In this document: positions 30,574-39,620 of the stretch, piece by piece
How the letters are laid out: each line of letters opens with the position of its first letter
How positions within the stretch are numbered: position 1 is the first letter of the stretch
Assembly (NCBI GenBank): GCA_963666485.2
Contig: CAXXUO010000003.1
Location: forward strand, 288,001-352,000
Length of the DNA: 64,000 nt
Source of the DNA: Syntrophorhabdaceae bacterium
Lineage (GTDB): Bacteria; Desulfobacterota; Syntrophorhabdia; Syntrophorhabdales; Syntrophorhabdaceae
Reading direction: 5' to 3'
Notes under the pieces: generated by a model
Databases searched by the model: none
The model's input: the letters and a program-made list of their open reading frames with translations, nothing else
Told to the model about the DNA's origin: nothing
Made by a program: the position numbers and the translations under genes

Positions 30574-31704
30574 ATGACCTTGTTCTTTGTGATATTTTTT
30601 AGCCTTTATGCAGCCCTGCACGCGTATGTATTTATCAAGACATGGAATGCTTTCAAGTTTGGCGTTACAACGGGCAGCGTCCTGGCGTTCATATTTCTGC
30701 TGTGCGTTTTCACACCGCTGCTTGTACGTTCTTTCGAACATGGCGGGCACGAAGGGACAGCGCGAATTCTCGCGTATGGGGGCTATGTATGGATGTGCCT
30801 GATCTTTATCTTCTTTGTCATTTCGATCAGCATAGATATCAGCCGGTTGTGCATTATAATCTTTTCTTCCATAGCAAAGATCAATCTGCCGCACACTATC
30901 CATTCGGGCCTTGTTTTCTTCCTTATATCGTCGGTCGCGTCTATCGCTATCACGTCATACGGCTTCCACGAGGCACGGACGATCCGCACGGAAAGAATCG
31001 GGATCGAGACAACGAAGCTTCCGCGCGGGGTGGACAAACTGACAATAGTCCAGATCTCGGATGTTCATCTCGGACTCATAAACAAGGATGTGCGGTTAAG
31101 GCGCGCAGCCGCGATCATAAAGGACATAAAACCGGACATACTTGTATCGACGGGTGATCTTGTAGACGGCCAGATCAATAGCCTGAACGGTCTTTCTGAC
31201 ATCCTCAAGGATATTGAAGCGCCTTACGGGAAATATGCGATCATGGGAAATCACGAATTCTATGCAGGCGTCGGGGTTTCCGAGGAATTTGCGTCGAAGG
31301 CAGGCTTCGTTATGCTGCGGCAGAAGGCGGTGACCATAAAGAATATCGTGAATATCGTCGGGGTGGACGATACCGGCCATGGGCGCCGGCGTGTTTCAAT
31401 AACGGATAAGCAGGTGCTCGAAAAAGTGCCTCAAAATATTTTTACGGTCTTCCTCAAACATCGCCCTGAAGTCGATGCCGAATTGCTCGGGTTGTTTGAC
31501 CTTCAGTTATCGGGCCATACGCACGGGGGGCAGATATACCCGTTCCGGTATGTTACGCAGTTGTCGTTCCCGATGGTGGCAGGTCTGTACGAACTTGACG
31601 ACGACACGGTCCTGTATGTCAGCAGGGGAACGGGGACCTGGGGGCCGCCCATTCGCTTCATGACTCCCCCTGAGGTGACGGTCTTCGAAATTATACGAAA
31701 ATAG
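30574..31704 (+). CDS. Membrane-anchored metallophosphoesterase (YkuE-like)
   Basis: N-terminal TMs; SDVH, GDLVD, GNHE, GHTHGGQ. Confidence 0.9.
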   Translation: MTLFFVIFFSLYAALHAYVFIKTWNAFKFGVTTGSVLAFIFLLCVFTPLLVRSFEHGGHEGTARILAYGGYVWMCLIFIFFVISISIDISRLCIIIFSSIAKINLPHTIHSGLVFFLISSVASIAITSYGFHEARTIRTERIGIETTKLPRGVDKLTIVQISDVHLGLINKDVRLRRAAAIIKDIKPDILVSTGDLVDGQINSLNGLSDILKDIEAPYGKYAIMGNHEFYAGVGVSEEFASKAGFVMLRQKAVTIKNIVNIVGVDDTGHGRRRVSITDKQVLEKVPQNIFTVFLKHRPEVDAELLGLFDLQLSGHTHGGQIYPFRYVTQLSFPMVAGLYELDDDTVLYVSRGTGTWGPPIRFMTPPEVTVFEIIRK

Positions 31705-31714
31705 CCCGGATGCC

Positions 31715-32536
31715 TTACTCCACGTCATAGTACGATTCGAATATCTCGCTGTTTTTCTTTACTTCGGGTAGCACGTAAATGACGCCCCGTACATTGGCAA
31801 AGACCGGCCGGATAACCTCATCGAAGAATTTCACGGGCACATTGATGCAGCCGTATGAGATCCTGTTGTCCAGCGGCGTAGGTGTGGCCAGGCGCTCAAG
31901 CCTGCGCTCCCGGGGGTCATCCGTTATGACGCGGTGCAGGGAGACGGCCTTGCCGTGATCAACCCACAGCACATTGCTCCCGTCGGAATTGTGGCCGAGC
32001 GACCCCACAAAGCGCCCGGCTGGCGTAGTGCGCTCCTCGCGGCGTATGGCCGAGAGATGGCGGTCGCCGATACCGGGAGAGGAATGGTCTCCCCTGGCAA
32101 GGCCGAGCAGTGCAGGGGCGGACCCCAAGATCCTGCCGTCGGGATCGAAGACAAAAACCTTTGCATCTATCTTGTCGACAATGACAAAGGGCATTCCCTC
32201 ATTGTCGGCCGAATCCACGATCCAATCGGCGACTTTCCCGGCCGCTTTAGATCTTTCGGCGTTCTTGAAATCAGCCCGTCCAGAAGACGATGTTAAGGCA
32301 GTTAATGACTGGCCGTACTGTATTGCCCGGTTGGCGGCGATCTCATGGAACGGGACGGATCTTCCGGTCTCGGCGAGCGGTCTTACAGACTGACCTGACA
32401 CCGGTTGGGCAGGAAGGCCAAGGGCTGCAACCCCAATAAATACCGCTCCGATGACCGGCCCGGCACGTAGCCGGGTGGGGTGCAGACTACTGTGCCCTGT
32501 ATTTCCCGGATAGCAGCCGCGCAGGAATACTGTCAT
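31715..32536 (-). CDS. L,D-transpeptidase-like (YkuD-fold) exported protein
   Basis: Hydrophobic N-terminus; IVDK, TPAGRF, SLHRV...RISYGCINV (catalytic His/Cys pattern). Confidence 0.75.
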   Translation of the reverse strand: MTVFLRGCYPGNTGHSSLHPTRLRAGPVIGAVFIGVAALGLPAQPVSGQSVRPLAETGRSVPFHEIAANRAIQYGQSLTALTSSSGRADFKNAERSKAAGKVADWIVDSADNEGMPFVIVDKIDAKVFVFDPDGRILGSAPALLGLARGDHSSPGIGDRHLSAIRREERTTPAGRFVGSLGHNSDGSNVLWVDHGKAVSLHRVITDDPRERRLERLATPTPLDNRISYGCINVPVKFFDEVIRPVFANVRGVIYVLPEVKKNSEIFESYYDVE

Positions 32537-32563
32537 GTCTCGGTCTGTATCATAGGATGCATA

Positions 32564-32600
32564 ATTTCGCCCCGCTTGTTTATAAAAAGCGGGGCGAAAT
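32564..32600 (-). terminator. Strong 14-bp hairpin between the small lipoprotein and L,D-transpeptidase genes
   Basis: ATTTCGCCCCGCTT...AAGCGGGGCGAAAT perfect inverted repeat; weak U tract. Confidence 0.6.
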
Positions 32601-32608
32601 AAGATCGA

Positions 32609-32812
32609 CTAGTGACGGTCGGGTTTGGCCGGCGGCGGCGGTGGAGGAGGAGTCGGCGCAGGCGGCGGTTCCGGAGCAGGCTGTACCACGGGTGCCGGAG
32701 CAGGAGGAGGGGGAGTCTCACCCTTCATTCTCTGCTGGAAACATCCGCAGCCGCCCAGGATCGTGCCAACGAACAAAATCAGTAAAGCGATCCCTAATAA
32801 CCTTTTCTTCAT
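32609..32812 (-). CDS. Small proline-rich lipoprotein (67 aa)
   Basis: SD GGAAGG; MKKRLL... lipobox LGGC; poly-Pro body; C-terminus AKPDRH. Confidence 0.8.
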   Translation of the reverse strand: MKKRLLGIALLILFVGTILGGCGCFQQRMKGETPPPPAPAPVVQPAPEPPPAPTPPPPPPPAKPDRH

Positions 32813-33180
32813 GTTACACCTTCCTTTTGTTTTATTTACACAGCATAACCTTGTGTTTCCGGAGCCCTCGTGCGCCGGGCGCACGTTCATCCCTTCCGCC
32901 GATCGAGCCTGATGCTAAAATTAATTTATAATGCCCGGACCCAAAGTCAAGAATGCCTGCCGGACATACCGTGAAAAATCAAATAGTTACCACGATAACA
33001 TATGTGTTGAAATGATACGGGTCATAAGGGCTGTTTAGAGCAGAGTATGGATAAACAAGGGGTAGAGTGATAAGCTATAAAACACCTGGTTATGGGTAAT
33101 GGGAAAAGCCCGGGAGAGCCCATAACCTAATTACCTATCACCCGGGACCTATACCCGGAACCTTTTATCAGGAGCGTGCT

Positions 33181-33477
33181 ATGTCCCTTTTTCAGGTTTG
33201 CGGATGAGTTACTTGAGTGGATCCAGACGCGCCGACAGTTAGCCGGCGCACACTCAAGTTTATTGATGGAACACAGGTCGCGGTAAGTAATCTTCACGAG
33301 ATAATGGCAGAACTCCATTCTGTTGGGAAACCTGCTACCCGGGAAACGGTTGATGAGATCATCGCCGGGCTTATAGCGATGGGAAACTATATCTCAGATT
33401 CCGAAGTGACACGAAGGGAATACAGGGCTGTCCTTCTGAAGGAATACGAGGAATATATCGCCAGCCATAAAGGCTAA
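33181..33477 (+). CDS. Candidate selenoprotein with two in-frame UGA (MSLFQVCG-U-VT-U-VDPDAP...)
   Basis: SD AGGAG 6 nt before ATG 33181; TGA at 33205 and 33214, in frame with the 33217-33477 ORF; downstream hairpin. Confidence 0.7.
33211..33259 (+). promoter_or_regulatory. Putative bacterial SECIS element
   Basis: Lower stem ACTTGAGTG/CACTCAAGT, upper stem GCGCCG/CGGCGC, G-containing apical loop ACAGTTAGC about 18 nt after the second UGA. Confidence 0.55.
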
Positions 33478-33558
33478 CTGACGGTTCCGCGTTCCACGTT
33501 CCACGTTTTAATGATGAAGATGGACCCGCGTGCCGGCCATGAGTTCACCACGATACGC

Positions 33559-33909
33559 TTATTTGCGAACGAGTGCCTCGAGTTCTCTTAAGCACCTGCT
33601 CTCCTTTTCTCTTTTCAAGATGTCGAGACGTTCACTGTGCGCGCGGGGAAGGGGACAATCGGGCGGTTTCTTATAGAGGCTGCATGTTTCGTCCCAATCG
33701 GATATGTAAGCCCCCCGCGCTTCCTGTAGGCACGCGTTATACCTGTTCTCTTTTTCCTTAAGGTATGAACGGTCGGCCTCCAACCTTTTCGCGGCGTCGG
33801 CACGCTCGGCCCTTTTTTCGAGGGGCAGGAATATAACGAAATAATAAAAGACCGAGAACGTTATCAGGCACAGGCATACGGTGGCAACGATACGGAATAT
33901 GCGGCTCAT
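33559..33909 (-). CDS. Small membrane-anchored protein with a C-x15-C-x8-C-x20-C domain
   Basis: N-terminal TM; the 4-Cys domain also occurs at the C-terminus of the protease ending at 63787. Confidence 0.75.
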   Translation of the reverse strand: MSRIFRIVATVCLCLITFSVFYYFVIFLPLEKRAERADAAKRLEADRSYLKEKENRYNACLQEARGAYISDWDETCSLYKKPPDCPLPRAHSERLDILKREKESRCLRELEALVRK

Positions 33910-34062
33910 AAGGGACTCCCTTTCGTCTCGGACATAAGGGAACCCTAATATAATGGCGCTGATGTTTCAAGATTTTTCGATGGGCCGGCTAATAATATTA
34001 GCGTAAAGGGTCTCGGGGAAGGGGCCTTAAGCCACGGGCCTTCCTTCCCCGGGGTATGGCGA

Positions 34063-34512
34063 TCAGGCGGTCCTGATGAGCATCACGGGGCATTTTGCGC
34101 CTCGCGCAACCTTTTCAGCAACGCTGCCCATGAGGTGGCCGATCAGTCCGGTCTTCCCGTGGGATGATATAACGATGAGGTCGATATTTTTTGTTTCCTG
34201 TTCCTTCAATATCTCGTGGGCAGGGTGTCCTTCGACCACGTAGGATTCGACCTCGACATCGCCCGAGGGGATGACGCGTTTTACCTGTTCCTTCATCGTG
34301 TTATCGGAAGATTCAAACGCCTTCTTGCCTATTTCTGCTATGGTCTTTTCGTCAAAACAGTAATCGACGGCACATGGATGGGTCACAGGGATAACATGGA
34401 GGAAATATATCTTTGCCGAATGCTGTTTTGCGAGATCGTACGCCTGGCGCAGGGCTTCGTCGGAATATGTTGAAAAATCCGTTGGTACCAAAATTCTTTT
34501 CGGTGAAAACAT
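34063..34512 (-). CDS. Universal stress protein (UspA family)
   Basis: ILVPTDFS, DLIV.SSHG.TG...MGSVAEKV...CPV; SD AAGGAGG before ATG 34512. Confidence 0.93.
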   Translation of the reverse strand: MFSPKRILVPTDFSTYSDEALRQAYDLAKQHSAKIYFLHVIPVTHPCAVDYCFDEKTIAEIGKKAFESSDNTMKEQVKRVIPSGDVEVESYVVEGHPAHEILKEQETKNIDLIVISSHGKTGLIGHLMGSVAEKVARGAKCPVMLIRTA

Positions 34513-34747
34513 AGTTGCCTCCTTGTTATATATTTTCAATAACTCTGCACAGGCAGAGGATCAAGGCTACGGGAATCATCAACGGTAGGCGATTTCAAGT
34601 AATCCTCTTTTCTAATCATTATACCACACCGGGTCCCGTGACACCGGCCCCGTTGACGTCTATCGGCCGGAAGTTCTTGTTAATACACGCTGTCCGGACA
34701 GGTTGTAATCACATACTTTCTCGTGCTAAATGTTATACACGACCTAA

Positions 34748-37700
34748 GTGATTAAGGCAGGTCCTATGCTGTCGGCAGCGGCGGGATCGCCGGTGGATAT
34801 CAACGGTAACGGGGGACTTCTGTACACAAAAAGATCCGGCGCGGGAACGATCTGTACAGTATTATTTCTGTTCTGTGCACTTGTGTTGCCGTCAACAGGT
34901 TCCGGCGAGGCCTTTGCTCCCAATGACCCCTACTTTTCGTACGGTGCGGGCAGTTACTGGTATCCCGGCGAATGGCATCTCGAGAATGCCGGAACGGTAG
35001 TGTCAGGGAAGACGAATAACGGTGTCGATGCAGGCCTGAGGGGGGCCTGGAACCTCGGGTATACAGGCAAGGGGGTCACCATCGGCATTATCGACGACGG
35101 GGTCGAGGGAACGCACGAGGACCTGAAGGCCAATTACAGCGCAGCTTTAAGCCGCAAATTCCTGGGGGGCAGTATACTGGGCCCGACCGGCCCCATATAT
35201 CAGGCAGATAATCATGGGACATCCGTTGCGGGCGTGGCCGCTGCCCGTGGAGGCAACGGCATAGGGGGAACGGGCGCCGCCCCTTATGCAACTATTGCCG
35301 ACCTGCGCCTTCTCGATGACACCGTTGTCACCCAGGATTACATAAATGCTTACCTGTGGGCGAGCGGCGTGGAATTAAAGGATGGCAAATATGTCATAAC
35401 GAGCGACGCCCAGATACAGGTCAAAAACCACAGCTACGGGAAAAAATATCCCTGGACCCGGGATGACGCGAACATCGCAAAGGTGATGAACAGGAGTGCG
35501 CAGAACGGCGTCATACACGTATGGGCCGCCGGCAACGAGCGCGGGAAGATGGATGAAGACTCAAGCAAGAACCAGACCCATGCGAACAGCAATATCATCA
35601 CAGTTGCCGCGCTGGGGAGTGATGGTAAATATGCGTCTTACAGCAATTACAGCTCCAGTGTCTTTGTAACGGCACCCTCAAACGGGAGCGGCACCCTCGG
35701 TATAATCACGACCGACAGGAGCGGGGCAAACCTCGGGTATAACCGGTATTCAGCCCAGAACCTGAGCGGGGACAACGGTGATGTATTTCCCGATACCAGT
35801 TATTGCAGCGACTTCGGCGGCACCTCTTCGGCGACCCCGCTCGTGGCGGGGATAATGGCGCTCGGGAAGGAGGCGAACAAGTACATGGATGTCCGCATGG
35901 CACAGCACGCCCTGGTCCTCACGTCGACGAAGGTCGACCCCAATGATGCAAGCGCTGCGGGCGGGTGGATAATGAACGGCGCGGGCAACTGGTTCAACCC
36001 CAATTATGGCTTTGGTAAGATCAATGCGGGCAAGTTTGTCGAAAAGGTGGCAGCGATCAAGGGCGTCAGCGCACAGACGTCGTATTCAACCCCGCTTCAG
36101 ACAGTAAACGAGACGATCAAGTATCTTGACGCCGGCAATGCCGGGGGTACGACCAAACAGATCACTCTGACAACGGCGCAGTTGCCGGCGGCGCTGCGGC
36201 AGCCCCTTGAAGGCGTCCAGGTGTACCTGAACTTTACGCACGCAAAGCGGGGGGACCTGACGGCTTATGTCACGTCCCCATACGGAACGACGAGCCGCCT
36301 CTTTAACTCCACTGCGCATCTGCCTGCGGCACAGCAGGATGATACGAGTGTCACCGATTTCGGTTGGACGTTTCTTTCGAACGCCTTTTGGGGGGAAGAC
36401 CCCCTTGGAGGAGCAGACAAAGCATCCGGTAAATGGGTGATCACCATGGGGGACAGGGTCAACAAGGCTGCTGCGGACCTGGGCACCTGGAACAGCTACG
36501 GCCTCACGTTGCTCATGGGAAAAATATTGTTCAATGGGGCCGGGGTGATCACTCAGACGGAGAATATCAAGGCAAGGTCTTTGTCGATGCAGAATTCCGG
36601 CGATATCCTGATCAACCCGAAGGGGTATAGCCTCGAGGTTGGCGAAAAGGTGGAGATCAAAGCCGGCGAGATGAACGTCAACGGGATCGTGAGGATGAAT
36701 CGTCCGGAGGATGATGAAGATGAAGGTGAATTTGTCCTCGACGGCGGCATCGTTTCGGGCGCGGGCACCATTGAGGCACCCTATGGGTTCTACCATGTCT
36801 CGGGTACCATTAAGCCGGGGAATTCCATCGGCACCCTCACGATCGTAGGTGATTACTACCAGGAACGCGCGGCCAAACTTCTCATCGAGGTGGCCTCACC
36901 AACGAGCAACGACGTCCTCGCTGTCGTCGGGAGCGCTTATCTGAACGGTATACTCCAGACCTCCTGGCTGGGAGGACGGGCGACCCCCGCCATAGGGACG
37001 GTCTTCGGGGCTTTCCTTACAGCGACGGACGGGGTGTATGGACAGTTTTCGAGCCTGCTGACGAACATAACCCCGACGGTCGTCTTCAAGCCAAGATACG
37101 ATATACCCAACCAGGTCTATCTCGTCGTCCAGAGGGACTACGCGAACGAGGTTCTGCTTCCCTACCTCAATACGAACCAGCGGGCGGTGGGCGCAATGTT
37201 CAACAGCGTCGGCAACACGGCGACGGGCGATCTCGACACGGTCCTCCGGGCCATCGACGCCCTGCCGGGGTACAGCCAGGTGGCGAATGCACTTGACCAG
37301 GCAGCCCCCCGGGGGAGCGAGGCACTTTTCAGCATGGGCATCAGCTCCACCTCTTTCCAGGCCATGAACATCTCCGATCGCCTCTTCGACATACGGCGCG
37401 GTATCAGGGGTGCGAACCTCGACGGGGTGTTCATGAAGAACAGCTCGTTCGTGCGGGAGGGCAAGGACAGGCCCGTCCTTATCGCCTCGGCCGGTCCCGA
37501 TCTTGCGGGCATGCTTCCAGATCCTGGAAATGAGAGATGGGGCATCTTCGTGAAGGGTAACGCGGTATCCGGCGACCAGAGGGACACGTCCGACCGGACA
37601 GGATATAATTTCACAAGTGCGGGCGCCACCCTGGGCATGGACTACAGGTTTACGGACAGCCTGGCGCTCGGTCTGCTCATCGGGTACACGGGATCGCGCG

Positions 37701-38368
37701 CTGATGTGGACGATTACGGCAGCAAAGTGACTATGGATGGTTATACAGCGGGTATCTACGGGACCTGGTACAGGCACGGGTTCTTTGTGGACGGGCAGGC
37801 AAGCTACGGGTGGGCGGACTACAGGAATAGCCGGCGCATCGTCTTCACAGGTATAGACCGGACGGCGTCGTCGAGGCCATCCGGCCGCCAGCTGACCCTC
37901 TATGGGGGCACGGGTTACGAGTTTAAGACAGATGCCTGGATGCTTGTGCCTTCCGTCTCCCTTCAATACATAAAACTCGGGCTCGACAGCTATACGGAAT
38001 CAGGTGCGGGAGCGCTGAACTTAAACGTGGACAGGCAGAACATGGAATCCTTCCTTGGGAATATCGGTGGAAGGGCATACTACACTTTTGATACGGAAGG
38101 GGCGGTCATCATGCCGGGCATCCGGGCATCCTACGGATATGAATTCCTCCGCGACGCTCGCGGCGTCACGTCGACCCTCGCGCAGGGAAGTTCGCCCTTC
38201 ACCATCGAGTTGCCGTCGGCCGCCAGGAACACCATATCCTGCGGTGCCTCGATCTCCATGTTCCTGAAGAAAAACGGGGCCTCTTTTCAACTGGGATACG
38301 ATGCTCAGTTCGGTTCGGACAACTACACCGCGCACAGCATTAACGGGATGATACGCATGGTTTTCTAA
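34748..38368 (+). CDS. Autotransporter with a kexin/furin-like S8 protease and P-domain passenger
   Basis: Triad IIDDG / DNHGT / FGGTSSATP, AAGN, P-domain (FTH..RGDL...TSP.GT), PGNSIGTLTI.GDY, beta-barrel ending in Phe; start uncertain. Confidence 0.88.
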   Translation: MIKAGPMLSAAAGSPVDINGNGGLLYTKRSGAGTICTVLFLFCALVLPSTGSGEAFAPNDPYFSYGAGSYWYPGEWHLENAGTVVSGKTNNGVDAGLRGAWNLGYTGKGVTIGIIDDGVEGTHEDLKANYSAALSRKFLGGSILGPTGPIYQADNHGTSVAGVAAARGGNGIGGTGAAPYATIADLRLLDDTVVTQDYINAYLWASGVELKDGKYVITSDAQIQVKNHSYGKKYPWTRDDANIAKVMNRSAQNGVIHVWAAGNERGKMDEDSSKNQTHANSNIITVAALGSDGKYASYSNYSSSVFVTAPSNGSGTLGIITTDRSGANLGYNRYSAQNLSGDNGDVFPDTSYCSDFGGTSSATPLVAGIMALGKEANKYMDVRMAQHALVLTSTKVDPNDASAAGGWIMNGAGNWFNPNYGFGKINAGKFVEKVAAIKGVSAQTSYSTPLQTVNETIKYLDAGNAGGTTKQITLTTAQLPAALRQPLEGVQVYLNFTHAKRGDLTAYVTSPYGTTSRLFNSTAHLPAAQQDDTSVTDFGWTFLSNAFWGEDPLGGADKASGKWVITMGDRVNKAAADLGTWNSYGLTLLMGKILFNGAGVITQTENIKARSLSMQNSGDILINPKGYSLEVGEKVEIKAGEMNVNGIVRMNRPEDDEDEGEFVLDGGIVSGAGTIEAPYGFYHVSGTIKPGNSIGTLTIVGDYYQERAAKLLIEVASPTSNDVLAVVGSAYLNGILQTSWLGGRATPAIGTVFGAFLTATDGVYGQFSSLLTNITPTVVFKPRYDIPNQVYLVVQRDYANEVLLPYLNTNQRAVGAMFNSVGNTATGDLDTVLRAIDALPGYSQVANALDQAAPRGSEALFSMGISSTSFQAMNISDRLFDIRRGIRGANLDGVFMKNSSFVREGKDRPVLIASAGPDLAGMLPDPGNERWGIFVKGNAVSGDQRDTSDRTGYNFTSAGATLGMDYRFTDSLALGLLIGYTGSRADVDDYGSKVTMDGYTAGIYGTWYRHGFFVDGQASYGWADYRNSRRIVFTGIDRTASSRPSGRQLTLYGGTGYEFKTDAWMLVPSVSLQYIKLGLDSYTESGAGALNLNVDRQNMESFLGNIGGRAYYTFDTEGAVIMPGIRASYGYEFLRDARGVTSTLAQGSSPFTIELPSAARNTISCGASISMFLKKNGASFQLGYDAQFGSDNYTAHSINGMIRMVF

Positions 38369-38385
38369 AAGGTCGCTTCCCGCCT

Positions 38386-38655
38386 TTATTTCCAGCCGGC
38401 TTCCCGGTCACACACGGCCATCTCCACCGGATGGCTTTTCTCCCAGTCAGTAATTGACCGGGTTTCGCCCGGGGGTATTTTAGCATTCATGCAAACGCAG
38501 TACTTTCTGAGGATTTCCGTCGAAACCGCTGCATCGCTGTTATCGTCGATGCATTCAGCGATCCTGGCCTGGTTATGCGAATCAGCCCCGGCTAAGCCGC
38601 AGGCCAGGAACAGTATAAGGAGAAAGGCACAAACCGCAACACGTCTCACGATCAC
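38386..38655 (-). CDS. Small secreted Cys-containing protein
   Basis: Signal peptide; CIDDN, YCVCMN, WEKSHP, C.REAGW. Confidence 0.7.
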   Translation of the reverse strand: MIVRRVAVCAFLLILFLACGLAGADSHNQARIAECIDDNSDAAVSTEILRKYCVCMNAKIPPGETRSITDWEKSHPVEMAVCDREAGWK

Positions 38656-39026
38656 CCTCCGGCTATAAGCGGGGACTTGCTCATAGATTGGAATATGACA
38701 GGCCCGGCGATCCTTGCAATCCTTCCAGGCACACCCTTGATCCGGTGCTTGAGCTTCCTGACCGGGAGCCTGATCACAAAGATCAAATTACGTCGAGGAC
38801 TGATGATCAAGGCCCCAGAGGGGCCAGGTATTGCATCGGCCCCGAAACGTCTTATTTTCCTTTATCATTCTTGCCTGCCACTTTGGCCTTGACGGGTCCG
38901 GAACCGCGGCCGGACGAAGGAACCACCCCTCCTTCCCAAAGTGGTATTTTTTATAAAATTCGTGCCCACCGGGCAAATACCGCATACACCGGGCGCTATT
39001 TTTCCCGGGGTGGTGTTGGCCCGTTA

Positions 39027-39365
39027 TTACTGGATGTAGCAGGTAACCGACGAACCCTTGGCCGCAGCCGTTCCACCCGCAGGTGTCTGCTTCGTCACAG
39101 TTCTTTGGTTCACTTTACTGAAAACTTGACCAGTGGCCTTTACAGTGAATCCCGCTGACTCAAGAATTGGTTTAGCTTCTCCATATTTTTTCCCGACGAC
39201 ATTTGGCACGACAGCCTTAAGTGTCACCGGGCCCTTATTGTCGTTATCTACCGGCCTGGATTTTGGGATATTGACGGGACCTTTATCGTCCGACTGCGCG
39301 ATGCACAAAGACACAAAGCAAACCAGGGCAAATAGCACCACAAAAACGATCTTACCGGTTTTCAT
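39027..39365 (-). CDS. Secreted single-PASTA-domain protein
   Basis: Signal peptide; VPNVVGK...AK..LE.AGF...V.KQTPAGG. Confidence 0.8.
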   Translation of the reverse strand: MKTGKIVFVVLFALVCFVSLCIAQSDDKGPVNIPKSRPVDNDNKGPVTLKAVVPNVVGKKYGEAKPILESAGFTVKATGQVFSKVNQRTVTKQTPAGGTAAAKGSSVTCYIQ

Positions 39366-39620
39366 CTTCCCTCCTGTTATGTTTGTAACGGTAAAAAGTC
39401 AACCAAACTTTAGTGAGATACCACAATAAAGCTCCGATAGTCAACGCCGGATAGTGACCGGTATGACAAAGCTTGGTCCCGGGCCGTTGACCTTATTGAG
39501 GCCCGGTATCTACCCCTGGAGGTGGTCGTAAGGCGCTACCGTTTGCCTGTTCGCTGTGGTATACTGGCAAACCCGTGCGACGGGGTAACAGAGACTGTGT
39601 CAAAGGGAAGGGAAAACAGT

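Noticed and set aside
33217..33477. ORF-track start at GTG 33217
   Set aside because: No convincing SD, and the GTG is sequestered in a 9-bp stem; the upstream SD plus ATG 33181 is more plausible if UGA is recoded
38660..39020. Possible gene or ncRNA in the gap between two small secreted-protein genes
   Set aside because: No frame gives a recognisable protein with an SD, and no RNA motif was recognised
39540..39610. c-di-GMP-I riboswitch suggested by GGCAAACCCG...CGGG
   Set aside because: Lacks the following GACGCAAAG and second hairpin; better explained as a promoter region (TGnTATACT)
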